Positions 9,584-19,342 of a stretch of 62,723 nucleotides of DNA are shown in pieces. The notes beneath the pieces were generated by a model. That model was not told the origin of the DNA. It worked only from the letters and a program-made list of their open reading frames with translations, and did not search any database. The stretch lies in the IMG/VR virus record IMGVR_UViG_3300044700_000299, positions 1 to 62,723 of that record. One strand, given 5' to 3'. This DNA is from a virus (taxonomy: Duplodnaviria; Caudoviricetes). The first letter of the stretch is position 1; each line of letters begins with the position of its first letter. The translations under genes were made by a program, and so were the position numbers.

Positions 9584-11305
9584 ATGAAAAGAGAAAATAG
9601 TTTAATATCAAAATTAGTTGATAAAGTATTAAATGAAACAATCGAAGAAAGAGCCAATTCTTTAGTTTCAAGATTAAAACATAAAGAAATGAAAGAAACT
9701 CATACAGGTTCAAAAATCAAAGGTATCATCAATAGTATGAAAGGTGAGGTTAACGAAATGGGGGGTATGGATGACGGTCACCCAAAATTGGGACGTAAAA
9801 AATTACCGAAAGATATGTCTGACGACGAGATTGATGATATCCTTAATCAACTAAGAATGGGTGATGATGATGATTTTGAAGATGGTGTTGATGAAATGCC
9901 ACCATTTGAAAGAGGTCGTCGTGATTATGAGGATGATGATTTTGATAATGAACTTGAGGAAAATTACGATAGTGAAGAATTACAAAATCATTTTGATGAT
10001 GAGGAATATGATGAGTTTAATTTTGAACCAATGGATGATGTTAGACCTAATTTAAGGGATTTAGAAGGTGGTACAACACACGGACGTGAGTTTATGAAAG
10101 ACTTTGAAGATAAGCGTGATTTTATTAAAAAATTAAGACGTGGTTTCAGAGGAGAAGAAAATGAAGAACAACTATACGAAATCGAAATGGGACCTCAAGG
10201 TAAAGTTTGTGAACAATGTGGAGTTGGTGAGATGTCTGAAGGTGTTTGTAATGAGTGTGGTAGTTCATCAGGTATGATGGATGAATCTGAAGATATGGAA
10301 GTTACTGAAACAAACATTGAAGGGTGTAAAACTGTTAAAGAAGTTGTTAAATCACAAAACGGTGAAGTGACAGAATTGGACCAACAATTAATGGAAAGAT
10401 ATAATTGTGGTTCATTAAAAGAATCGTTAATCCGTAGAGGTTTAATGACAGAATCTTTAAAAGGTAATCAGAAAAAAATTGACAAAAACAAAAATAATAA
10501 AATTGATAGTGAAGATTTTGCAATCCTAAGAAAAGGTAAAAAAACTGAGACTAAAGAAGGTGATAAACCTGACTTTTTAGATTTAGATAAAGACGGTGAT
10601 AAAAAAGAACCGATGAAAAAAGCATCTAAAGATAAAAAAGAAACTGTTAGAGTTACTGAAAGTGAGTTAATTGCATTGATTGAAGAAATGGTTAATGAGG
10701 AGTTTGAAACTATTGGTACTAAACCAAGAGGTTTGTCTGAATATGAGAGAGCTCATAAAAAATCAGGAAGTGAAAACAAAGAATATTTCAAATCACTAAA
10801 GAAAAAAATGGATGATTATTTAAAAGATGGTTCAAACAATGATTATGAAGAAAACCCAAAACATTTTCCAAAAGGTAATGGGCAATTGGCGAAGATGAAG
10901 GCTAAAAAATATGATATGTCTGATGATGGTAAAGAATTTATTGATGATTATATGAGTCCTGGTATGGAGAATTTAGATTATGATGAAGTTCACCCAAATG
11001 AAGATTGGATGAAAAAAAATATTGAAGGTTCTTCTGAGACAGGTAATAATCCAAAATGGGCAAATGCTGAAGAAACTGAATTAGGTGAAAAACTAAATAA
11101 AAAACGTAAAGCTAATAAGTTTGCTAAGGCTAAAAGACAAGCGTATAATAAAGCACCTCAACCTGTTGTTAGTGATAAAACAGGTGATGACAATGGAACA
11201 GGTATACATATTAAAGTCGAATCTACGGATAAACAAACTAAAGTTTTAAATGAAGAATTCAATAAGATTAAAAACTTAATGAATTACAATAGAAAAACAC
11301 AATAA
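9584..11305 (+). CDS. Large acidic low-complexity protein (scaffold/core-like)
   Basis: TATTTAT at 9562; many LxE sites, CEQC..CNEC, DxDxDG-like loops. Confidence 0.65.
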   Translation: MKRENSLISKLVDKVLNETIEERANSLVSRLKHKEMKETHTGSKIKGIINSMKGEVNEMGGMDDGHPKLGRKKLPKDMSDDEIDDILNQLRMGDDDDFEDGVDEMPPFERGRRDYEDDDFDNELEENYDSEELQNHFDDEEYDEFNFEPMDDVRPNLRDLEGGTTHGREFMKDFEDKRDFIKKLRRGFRGEENEEQLYEIEMGPQGKVCEQCGVGEMSEGVCNECGSSSGMMDESEDMEVTETNIEGCKTVKEVVKSQNGEVTELDQQLMERYNCGSLKESLIRRGLMTESLKGNQKKIDKNKNNKIDSEDFAILRKGKKTETKEGDKPDFLDLDKDGDKKEPMKKASKDKKETVRVTESELIALIEEMVNEEFETIGTKPRGLSEYERAHKKSGSENKEYFKSLKKKMDDYLKDGSNNDYEENPKHFPKGNGQLAKMKAKKYDMSDDGKEFIDDYMSPGMENLDYDEVHPNEDWMKKNIEGSSETGNNPKWANAEETELGEKLNKKRKANKFAKAKRQAYNKAPQPVVSDKTGDDNGTGIHIKVESTDKQTKVLNEEFNKIKNLMNYNRKTQ

Positions 11306-11352
11306 TTTACTTTACAAAATAACTAATTATTATTTCTCCATAGACAAACTCT

Positions 11353-11817
11353 ATGGAGAATTTTTTTAACTATATAACAAAACCTGTGAGACCTGAAGAC
11401 GTTGATGTGTGGTTTAGAAGTAATAACATAATTCCTGAAAAATTGGAATTATTTTATGATTTCACGTATTCACTAAATATGTTAATTGTTGACACATATT
11501 TAGGTAATACTACGGGTAATGAAACTAAAATAGTTATGACAACTGATGACATCGAAAATCATTTTAAATGGTGTTGGAATAAAACAGTTGAGACTTTCAA
11601 GAAAGAGAGTATTACTTTCAATATAAATGGAGAACATTATGAATATTATAATTCGTTTTTCTTAGATACATTTTACAATCAAAAGAATGATGATATCAGA
11701 AACTCAATTGACGGTTTCTTTGATGATTTGTTCGACACTCAAAAACCATTTACTAAATCCGATTTAGACATGATATCAGCTATCTACAAAGCGTTGGATA
11801 AAAATATTAGTAAGTAA
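11353..11817 (+). CDS. Hypothetical protein
   Basis: Clean 154-aa ORF. Confidence 0.7.
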   Translation: MENFFNYITKPVRPEDVDVWFRSNNIIPEKLELFYDFTYSLNMLIVDTYLGNTTGNETKIVMTTDDIENHFKWCWNKTVETFKKESITFNINGEHYEYYNSFFLDTFYNQKNDDIRNSIDGFFDDLFDTQKPFTKSDLDMISAIYKALDKNISK

Positions 11818-11895
11818 AAAAATCCCCCTACTATTTACATTAGAGACTATAAAATTAAATTATAGTATAATAATAAAATTAAACAATTTAATAAA

Positions 11896-12075
11896 ATGGA
11901 AACATTAGAACAAATCAAAATTTTAACTGAGGAGTTATCAGTTGACGCAACTAAGTTCTTTAAAGGTAATAACAGTGCGGGAACAAGAGCGAGACAATCA
12001 GCTCAAAAATTAAAGAATTTATTACAATCTTTAAGAGAAGATATTTTAACTGAAAGAAAAAAAGAGGAGAAGTAA
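11896..12075 (+). CDS. Histone-H1-like (Hc1-type) small DNA-binding protein, not in ORF track
   Basis: METLEQIKILTEELSVDATKFFKGNNSAGTRARQSAQKLK..., matching GNxxAGTRAR motif. Confidence 0.8.
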   Translation: METLEQIKILTEELSVDATKFFKGNNSAGTRARQSAQKLKNLLQSLREDILTERKKEEK

Positions 12076-12263
12076 TGAACGACTTTAGTACAATATATCT
12101 TTTTGTATTTATCTTTTCAATGTTAACTGTGTTAAGAACAGTTTTCAGGTTTATAGTTTCCCTATTACAAGAATCACCACAAAAATTGGTTCTTAGTAGT
12201 AGGGAACTAATATCCCTCGCCATTTCAATATCATATTGTTTAACGTATATAATAAAATTATAA
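12075..12263 (+). CDS. Small membrane protein
   Basis: Two hydrophobic segments; TAATG coupling. Confidence 0.6.
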   Translation: MNDFSTIYLFVFIFSMLTVLRTVFRFIVSLLQESPQKLVLSSRELISLAISISYCLTYIIKL

Positions 12264-12715
12264 TTATGAGTTTATTTACAGAATTTTCTACATTGTTCCC
12301 TTATCTACAATCGGTTAGAAAATTAAAAAATTATTTAAGTTTTGATGTGCATTTCCCGATTAGTTGGAAAATACCTAAGAAGTTTGTTAATGAACAGAAA
12401 GTTGTGGAACAAGATTCTAAATTAGATGGACATAGATTAATATCTTTTGTGTCTGAAATTAGTGAGACTTCCGTTGCCGATACAACATCTGATATTCAGA
12501 ACATTATTAAATATAATTTAGATAGGGAGGAAAAAGATAAGTTATTTCAAACTAAGGTTAACGAATTAAAAACAATCTTTGAAAAACAAAATTTAAGTAA
12601 ATTAAAAAATTTAATTTTCGATTATAAATCTGAAAGAATAACATTAGATGACGATGATGACACCGAAGAATCAGTTGACGAAGGAAGAGAGGTTGTTGGA
12701 GAGGGACAGGAGTAA
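12236..12715 (+). CDS. Hypothetical protein (start probably MSLFTE, 12266)
   Basis: ORF in operon. Confidence 0.65.
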   Translation: MFNVYNKIIIMSLFTEFSTLFPYLQSVRKLKNYLSFDVHFPISWKIPKKFVNEQKVVEQDSKLDGHRLISFVSEISETSVADTTSDIQNIIKYNLDREEKDKLFQTKVNELKTIFEKQNLSKLKNLIFDYKSERITLDDDDDTEESVDEGREVVGEGQE

Positions 12716-12851
12716 ATTATTTAATGAATTGGAACGTGAAAAGTTACAGTTAATTAAAAATATAAAACAACAAACTAAAGAGGATATTTTACCTAAAATA
12801 CCTGAAAAAAAATCATTATGGAAGAGAATTATAAAAGTGTTGATGGGATAA
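12648..12851 (+). CDS. Hypothetical small basic protein
   Basis: Fills the gap between neighbours; ends SLWKRIIKVLMG. Confidence 0.5.
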   Translation: MTMMTPKNQLTKEERLLERDRSKLFNELEREKLQLIKNIKQQTKEDILPKIPEKKSLWKRIIKVLMG

Positions 12852-13084
12852 TTGAGAAACTAGCATTGATTAGTGATGCGGTTGACTCATTATTTCCTGA
12901 AGGTAGAAGTGCGGTTGTTTTCCAATTGAAGGATGAAGAGTTTAAAAAAGTTCAAAGTAATTTTAGAGAAATTGATATGAGTCACAAACAATTTAAAATT
13001 GATATCTCTGGAGTTGAGTTTATTTTTTTAGAGGAAACGTCGTTGACTGACGAAATAGATACTGTTTCGGATAACCAAGATTAA
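12818..13084 (+). CDS. Hypothetical protein
   Basis: ORF; 3' end overlaps a convergent gene. Confidence 0.6.
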   Translation: MEENYKSVDGIIEKLALISDAVDSLFPEGRSAVVFQLKDEEFKKVQSNFREIDMSHKQFKIDISGVEFIFLEETSLTDEIDTVSDNQD

Positions 13085-13658
13085 CTAGCATATCGTAAAG
13101 ATATTTTCGTTGTGGGGTGGATGAATCTTTAATAAAGATACAGTCCATCCTTTTTTCATTTATATACTTTTGAGATAAGTTATCAATAAAACGTGACGAA
13201 TCAATTTCATTTTTAAATGTAAAAAGATTAGTTGTTTCATTTAGTTGGACTATGACTTTATTGTTTAATTTTGAAACCATTTTTAAACCATCACCACTTA
13301 AATACTTTTTAATTAATTCCTCACAATTAATTTTCTTTTTAGTTGAATAATCAACAAACTCTTCATTTATATTATATTTGTTGATTTGTAACATACAGTA
13401 ATCATTATCTTCAACATCAACTTTGTTTCGTCTACCAAACTCATCTGTTATATAAATTGTTTGATTATTTGATTTAGGACCTAATAAACCTAATTCGAAT
13501 ACGCTATGATGTCCGTTTTCGTGTTGTTTATCGAAAATCACCTCATCACTAATAGATAATAGATTATTATAATACTTTTGTGCTCTATCAAATGTTTTAA
13601 ATTTCTTGATAATTTTCTTTTTTACTCTATTTTTGAATAACACTATAATATAGTCCAT
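13020..13658 (-). CDS. Hypothetical protein
   Basis: 212-aa ORF with TATTTAT 5 nt upstream of ATG. Confidence 0.7.
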   Translation of the reverse strand: MDYIIVLFKNRVKKKIIKKFKTFDRAQKYYNNLLSISDEVIFDKQHENGHHSVFELGLLGPKSNNQTIYITDEFGRRNKVDVEDNDYCMLQINKYNINEEFVDYSTKKKINCEELIKKYLSGDGLKMVSKLNNKVIVQLNETTNLFTFKNEIDSSRFIDNLSQKYINEKRMDCIFIKDSSTPQRKYLYDMLVNLGYPKQYLFRQSTTFPLKK

Positions 13659-13691
13659 ACATAATAAATAATTTTATAATTAAATAAGTAA

Positions 13692-14621
13692 ATGAGTCAA
13701 GATAATTATTACAACGTACTTGGTGTTCAAGAAAATGCCGACCAAGATACAATTAAGAAGGCTTATAGGTCTTTAGCTAAAAAACACCATCCTGATAAAG
13801 GGGGTAATGATGAGATGTTTAAGAAAGTATCTCAAGCCTACGATGTTTTAGGGGATGACAATAAACGAAGACAATATGATAACCAAAAACAAAATCCATT
13901 TCATAATGCCGGTGGTAATGGTGGTGGTGGATTTGACCCATTTGGTGATATGTTCCATATGTTTAATGGTGGTCGACAAAAACAGAGAACAGTTCCTGAT
14001 AAGATAATTGATATCTTAATTTCACCTGTTGAATCGTATAATTCAGTTGATAAACATATTAAATATCAAAGAAAACATATGTGTGTTGACTGTAACGGTA
14101 ATGGTGGGGATAGACAACATTGTGGGGTTTGTAACGGTTCGGGTATAATAACACAACGAATAGGGACCGGTATGTTTATTCAAATGGTTCAGTCACATTG
14201 TAATGCGTGTAATGGTGTTGGTTATACATATACCAGAGTTTGTGGTGGTTGTAAAGGTTCTTGTACTACAGAAAAAACGGATAGTATTAGTATTAAATTA
14301 CCTCACGGTATTGATGACGGACAATTTCTAAAAGCTCAAGGTAGAGGTGATTTTAGTAATGGTGTTTATGGTAATCTAATTATTAGAGTTAAAGTTAAAA
14401 ATGATAGTAATTTTGAAAAATTTGGGGATGATTTAATCTATAATAAGTTTTTGAATTTAGATGATTTAAAAACTGATTCGTTTATTATTCCACATCCATC
14501 AGGTGATTTATCTATAAAAATACCACCTGTATTTGACACATCAGTACCTCTAAGAGTTAAATCCAAAGGTTATAATAATGGGGAGTTGTATATAAAATTG
14601 TTTGTAAAGTTCACACGTTAA
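13692..14621 (+). CDS. dnaJ: DnaJ chaperone (class A)
   Basis: J domain with HPD, G/F region, four CxxCxGxG-type motifs, C-terminal domain. Confidence 0.93.
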   Translation: MSQDNYYNVLGVQENADQDTIKKAYRSLAKKHHPDKGGNDEMFKKVSQAYDVLGDDNKRRQYDNQKQNPFHNAGGNGGGGFDPFGDMFHMFNGGRQKQRTVPDKIIDILISPVESYNSVDKHIKYQRKHMCVDCNGNGGDRQHCGVCNGSGIITQRIGTGMFIQMVQSHCNACNGVGYTYTRVCGGCKGSCTTEKTDSISIKLPHGIDDGQFLKAQGRGDFSNGVYGNLIIRVKVKNDSNFEKFGDDLIYNKFLNLDDLKTDSFIIPHPSGDLSIKIPPVFDTSVPLRVKSKGYNNGELYIKLFVKFTR

Positions 14622-14634
14622 TTAACGTGTGAAC
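14609..14634. repeat. Perfect 26-bp palindrome at a convergent gene junction
   Basis: GTTCACACGTTAA|TTAACGTGTGAAC. Confidence 0.9.
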
Positions 14635-14846
14635 AATGAAGCAACATCTTTAACGATTTGAACTAAACCGTAAAATCCAAGAAATAATATTGTGACACCA
14701 ATGGCAACTAATTTTAGGTTACCTGATGACAAAGCTTTAGATTTACAAGTTTTACATTCCTTTTCCTTTTTAATAGGTTCTGTGTAGTTCGGGAGTTCAA
14801 CTAATGTTGAAAAAATTTCTTGTTGATTTGTTTCTTGATTTTCCAT
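14622..14846 (-). CDS. Small membrane protein with CKTC motif
   Basis: CxxC followed by one TM helix. Confidence 0.65.
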   Translation of the reverse strand: MENQETNQQEIFSTLVELPNYTEPIKKEKECKTCKSKALSSGNLKLVAIGVTILFLGFYGLVQIVKDVASLFTR

Positions 14847-14919
14847 ATTTTTAGGTATTATTGTATAATGATAATTAGTTATCGTCTAATTTTAAATAAA
14901 TAAATAAAAAAAATAAAGT

Positions 14920-15762
14920 ATGTTATCTTATATTGGGGGTAAAAGTAAAATTGGTAAATGGATAGTTCCATTCATACCTAAAGACATTGAAACATATGTT
15001 GAACCGTTTAGTGGTATGTATTGGGTTTTCTTCAATATGGATTTGAAAGAGTATCCCAACCTAAAGAAAGTTGTTTACAACGACTTTAATCCGTTAAATT
15101 ATAATCTATTCAAGTGTGTTCAGAACCCTCAAGAGTTGTTGAAAGCAATCAATTCAATTGAGTGTCAACAATTCGGTGTAGAGGTTACACCACCACACTT
15201 AAAAGAACAGTTTATCAGCTTTCAGGCTGAAATTTTTAAGGAAGGTTTCAGCGTAGAACCTGGCGATTATGTGGTAGCCGCTAAGTATGTGTATATTTTG
15301 ACTCAGGTGTTCTCAGGTTCAAAACCTGAAACCTCATCATATATTGACTTGAAAGGTAAGTATAAATCAAAGTATTTGACGTTTAGAGATAAGTTAAGTA
15401 AACCTGATTGGGTGAACCACTTCTTAAAGATAACTCACGTTGAGAATATGGACTTTGCTGATGTAATAACTAAGTATGATGGGGAGAAAACTTATTTCTA
15501 TACTGACCCTCCATATTGGAAGACTGAGAACTACTATTCAAATCACGACTTTGATAGAAACGACCATGAGAGATTGGCAAATACACTAAAAGGTATTCAA
15601 GGTAAGTTCTCATTATCTTACTATGATTTTGAAATATTATCTGAGTGGTTTCCAAAAAATGAGTATATTTGGGAGAGTAAACTATTCGCCAAAGCGGCTG
15701 CAGCTAAAAAAGGTAAAACACAAACTATGGGTGAAGAGTTATTAATAATGAACTATTTATAA
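14920..15762 (+). CDS. DNA adenine methyltransferase (Dam/D12 family)
   Basis: YIGGKS, YVEPFSG, YND, DPPY. Confidence 0.9.
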   Translation: MLSYIGGKSKIGKWIVPFIPKDIETYVEPFSGMYWVFFNMDLKEYPNLKKVVYNDFNPLNYNLFKCVQNPQELLKAINSIECQQFGVEVTPPHLKEQFISFQAEIFKEGFSVEPGDYVVAAKYVYILTQVFSGSKPETSSYIDLKGKYKSKYLTFRDKLSKPDWVNHFLKITHVENMDFADVITKYDGEKTYFYTDPPYWKTENYYSNHDFDRNDHERLANTLKGIQGKFSLSYYDFEILSEWFPKNEYIWESKLFAKAAAAKKGKTQTMGEELLIMNYL

Positions 15763-15774
15763 ATTAAAAATAAA

Positions 15775-16350
15775 ATGATAAATGTTAACAATAGATATGA
15801 CTTCTTAAAAGAAGTTAAAAATAAATTACCGGAAAATCCTATTTGTTGTGAGATAGGTGTGTATCAAGGTGGTTTTAGTGAAGTAATATATGATATATTA
15901 AAACCAAAAAAATTATATTTAATTGACCCATTTGAGAATATGGTCGACCCAATTACCAATGAAGAATTTTATCCTGAACTGAATTGGCATAGAACAGTCT
16001 ATTCTGAAGGTTGTTTGGAACATGTGAATAATCTATTAAGTGAGGGTATTAATAACAATACTGTAATCATTGATAAAAATTTATCGACAAATGCTGTAAA
16101 TAATTATGAGGATGGATTTTTCGATTTTATATATATCGACGCTTGTCATTTATATGAATCGGCTTATTGGGATATAGTTAATTATTTTCCAAAATTAAAG
16201 AGTGGTGGTATAATGTCAGGTCACGACTATATTGATATGCCGTCATTTGGGGTTAAAAGAGCGGTTAATGAGTTTTGTCATAACTATAATTATGAAATTG
16301 AGATATTAGACAATCTTATGGGTGATTGGGCTTTAACAATCAAAAGGTGA
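15775..16350 (+). CDS. Class I SAM-dependent methyltransferase (Methyltransf_24-like)
   Basis: EIGVYQG, IDPF, DFIYIDACH.YE, GG.MSGHDY. Confidence 0.85.
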   Translation: MINVNNRYDFLKEVKNKLPENPICCEIGVYQGGFSEVIYDILKPKKLYLIDPFENMVDPITNEEFYPELNWHRTVYSEGCLEHVNNLLSEGINNNTVIIDKNLSTNAVNNYEDGFFDFIYIDACHLYESAYWDIVNYFPKLKSGGIMSGHDYIDMPSFGVKRAVNEFCHNYNYEIEILDNLMGDWALTIKR

Positions 16351-16413
16351 AATAGGGATGATGAATTATTAATTATTTTTGAATTTAGCAATATTTATAA
16401 ATAAAAATAAAGT

Positions 16414-17802
16414 ATGAAAATAACATCAGTTTTAAGAAACATATTATTAGAAGATTCACGTTTTGAAAATTTATATACTAAATTTGTTGAACCTACTCCG
16501 TCGAAAGACCCGGCTAAACCAAATAAACCTAAACTTAAATTTGACACGTTAAAGCAATTTATATTTGCTGACCCTACGTCAAGGATGCCTGAGGGTGTTG
16601 ATGCTGAAGGTTTATCATTGGCAGATATTAGAACTTTAGGTAATAAGTTTAAAGTAGGTGCTTATACACAATGGTTGTTGAAAAACTTCTTTAAACCAAC
16701 TTTCCAAGGAGACCAAGCAAATGTTGACCCATCAAGTCCTGAGTACAAGGAAATGGTGAAGGAATTCAGACGTTTATTCCTTGAGGATTTGTTTAAGATG
16801 AATGATATTATTGGAAAGTTTGAACGTGTTAAACCATTAATACCGGTGGACCAACGTAATATTGATTCATATACTCCTACGACTTTAACAAACTTAATTC
16901 TTAATTTACCTGAAGAATTAAAAACGAAGATTCAAACTAAAGATGTAAAATCTCAGGCGAGAGAAGAAAGAAAGACTAACAGATTTGCCCATCCAGGTGC
17001 TACAATTATGAAAGAGGGGACTAACTATACCCTTATTAAAATTGAAGGGACTGATACACCTCAGAAAGAGGCTGCACAGTGGTATGGTGGATTCTATGAC
17101 TACATGAATGGTGAGTCACATTGGTGTACTTCACCTCCGGGGTCTAACTACTTTATGACTTACGCGTCGGCAGGTCCATTATATGTTATTATGGCTAACG
17201 ATGATAAAGGGTTGGTTGGTGCAAGAACAGGATTACCTCAAGAAAGATACCAAATCAACTTCCCTAAAAACCAATTTATGGATAGAATGGACAGTAGATT
17301 TGATGTTGTTGAGAAATTCAATGGAGACTTCGCTGAGTTCAAAGAAATCCTGAAATCTGAGTTTGCTAAAGGATTCGTTGTTCCAAATACTGATGAGGTT
17401 GAAATTACATATCCTGGAAGTTCTGCGGGTGTATTCATTGCATTATATGGATTTGATGATTTGATTAAATCATTACCAAAAACTATTAAACAGTTACACG
17501 TAATTAATACTTCAAACACACCGGTTTATTTAGAGTTAAGTGAGGCTATCGGTCAATTCACTGAATTAGATACGTTATTATTACAAAATGTTGTAAAAGA
17601 AATTCCTGAGTCAATCGGTAATCTAAGAAACTTAGATATATTGTCATTAACTGATAATAAAGAATTGAAAACAATACCAAATTCAATCCTTAATTTGGAG
17701 AATTTAGCGTTCTTAGTGTTAACAGGTAGTGGTGTTGAATTGTCAAGTGAAATGGCTGAAGAGTTTATGGTAACTGCTGACGGGGTTTATGCACGAGCTT
17801 AA
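16414..17802 (+). CDS. Putative virion-associated protein with C-terminal leucine-rich repeats
   Basis: TATTTAT at 16392; leader ILLE; IPESIGNLRNLDILSL-type LRRs. Confidence 0.75.
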   Translation: MKITSVLRNILLEDSRFENLYTKFVEPTPSKDPAKPNKPKLKFDTLKQFIFADPTSRMPEGVDAEGLSLADIRTLGNKFKVGAYTQWLLKNFFKPTFQGDQANVDPSSPEYKEMVKEFRRLFLEDLFKMNDIIGKFERVKPLIPVDQRNIDSYTPTTLTNLILNLPEELKTKIQTKDVKSQAREERKTNRFAHPGATIMKEGTNYTLIKIEGTDTPQKEAAQWYGGFYDYMNGESHWCTSPPGSNYFMTYASAGPLYVIMANDDKGLVGARTGLPQERYQINFPKNQFMDRMDSRFDVVEKFNGDFAEFKEILKSEFAKGFVVPNTDEVEITYPGSSAGVFIALYGFDDLIKSLPKTIKQLHVINTSNTPVYLELSEAIGQFTELDTLLLQNVVKEIPESIGNLRNLDILSLTDNKELKTIPNSILNLENLAFLVLTGSGVELSSEMAEEFMVTADGVYARA

Positions 17803-17812
17803 ATAACTATTT

Positions 17813-18103
17813 ATGAAAAATTTAGAAGTTGATTTATACATTACACAATTTAGAGGTTTCTTTGATAAGAACCCAAATGACTTGTTGTCATTGATTGGTG
17901 ATGTTTTGGTTGAAGATTTTTTTAAACGTGTTGAAGAACAATGTTACAAAAATTTTGAAAAAGGTGATGAAGTATCTGTAACAAGACAACAACTAATTGA
18001 TATTGTTGTTGACCTTAAATCTGAAGAAACTGAAAAAGATATTCAGAGTTCAATCACAAAAGTATTCGAACATACTAAATTTGGAGACATATGTCTTAAC
18101 TAA
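17813..18103 (+). CDS. Hypothetical protein
   Basis: Clean ORF followed by terminator. Confidence 0.65.
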   Translation: MKNLEVDLYITQFRGFFDKNPNDLLSLIGDVLVEDFFKRVEEQCYKNFEKGDEVSVTRQQLIDIVVDLKSEETEKDIQSSITKVFEHTKFGDICLN

Positions 18104-18107
18104 TTAT

Positions 18108-18132
18108 AACCCCCAAGTCTTGGGGGTTTTTT
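18108..18132. terminator. ACCCCCAA-type intrinsic terminator
   Basis: AACCCCCAA-gtc-TTGGGGGTTTTTT. Confidence 0.8.
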
Positions 18133-18160
18133 ATTTCATTATATTTTAATATTATTTATT

Positions 18161-18460
18161 ATGGTTAATTGGAGTGACTATAAATACAATCAGGAAATCG
18201 CTATAACAATTATGGATGGGGGTTTGAAATATTGCTTGAGGGTAATTATTATGGACTATGAGTATAATTTACACAGACATCCCCACTTAGTTGACTTAAA
18301 GGTTGTAGAAACTAATAATGATGAGGTTTATCCAATCGGTAGTGTATTACGATTACCTGTAGAGACCAAGGACACGGTTAATTTCTTATTGTTCGCTCCG
18401 TGTGACAAATACCCAAATAGAGAATTTAATAGAAAAGGAAATTTATTTTTGAATTTATAG
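18161..18460 (+). CDS. Hypothetical protein
   Basis: Clean ORF. Confidence 0.55.
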   Translation: MVNWSDYKYNQEIAITIMDGGLKYCLRVIIMDYEYNLHRHPHLVDLKVVETNNDEVYPIGSVLRLPVETKDTVNFLLFAPCDKYPNREFNRKGNLFLNL

Positions 18461-18509
18461 TGCAGATTCAAAAAACTGCGTATCTTTGAAAAACCAAAAC
18501 GATAAAGAT

Positions 18510-19274
18510 ATGAGAAACACAGTTATGACATTAGACCAAGTAAAAGAAGTAGCACCATCTGTATTCGCTACAAGTGCATCACCAAAAGTATCTAACAGAT
18601 ACACATTCGTTCCAACAGTGGACATCGTAGAGAACTTCCAAAGAGAGGGGTGGGAGATAGCAAGTGTTAAACAAACAGGTAAAGGTGTGTACGGATTACA
18701 CGAAATCAAGTTCCGTAACGGTGAATTACCTAAAGTAGGTGACACATTGATTGAGGCGATAGTGTCTAACTCACACAATGGTATGGCGACGTTAAACATT
18801 AAGGCAGGTTTACACCGATTAGTATGTGCTAACGGATTAACAGTACCTACAGCGTTATCTGAGGCTTTCAGAGTAAGACACACAGGGTTCGAGTTAGACG
18901 ATGTTAAACGTTTGACTGAGGACTTCTCAAAAAGATTACCATTAATCGAAGGTTCAGTTAACCGAATGATGGAGAGAGAATTGTCTACAGACGAGAAGTT
19001 GGACTTCGTTAGAAAATCAGCTGAGGTTCGTTGGAAAACAGGTTCAATCCCTGTGACATTAGACTACGAAGAAATCTTGAACCCATTGAGAGATGCTGAC
19101 AACGGGGATTCACTTTGGCAAGTCTTCAACGTGGTTCAAGAGAAATGGGTTAGAGGTGGTATCCAATACAAATCTAACTCAGGTCGTAAGACTAAACTTA
19201 GAACTTTGAACGACATCATGAACACCAACCGAATCAATACAAAACTTTGGGAGTTGGCTGAGGAAATGTTCTAA
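18510..19274 (+). CDS. DUF932/DUF945 family protein
   Basis: APSVFA, S.RY.F.PT, NSHNG, AGL.RLVC.NG, LW.VFN.VQE, N..LW; TATCTTTG at 18481 favours the ATG at 18510. Confidence 0.85.
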   Translation: MRNTVMTLDQVKEVAPSVFATSASPKVSNRYTFVPTVDIVENFQREGWEIASVKQTGKGVYGLHEIKFRNGELPKVGDTLIEAIVSNSHNGMATLNIKAGLHRLVCANGLTVPTALSEAFRVRHTGFELDDVKRLTEDFSKRLPLIEGSVNRMMERELSTDEKLDFVRKSAEVRWKTGSIPVTLDYEEILNPLRDADNGDSLWQVFNVVQEKWVRGGIQYKSNSGRKTKLRTLNDIMNTNRINTKLWELAEEMF

Positions 19275-19278
19275 GACA

Positions 19279-19309
19279 ATGGGGAGTAAAATCCCCATCT
19301 TTTTTTTTT
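19279..19309 (+). terminator. Intrinsic terminator
   Basis: ATGGGGA-gtaaaa-TCCCCAT plus long T run. Confidence 0.75.
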
Positions 19310-19342
19310 GTGTAAAATCAGAATAATAACTATATTTGTTGT

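Noticed and set aside
17808-17814. TATTTAT before ORF 17813 as a promoter
   Set aside because: Overlaps the ATG itself; probably chance in AT-rich sequence
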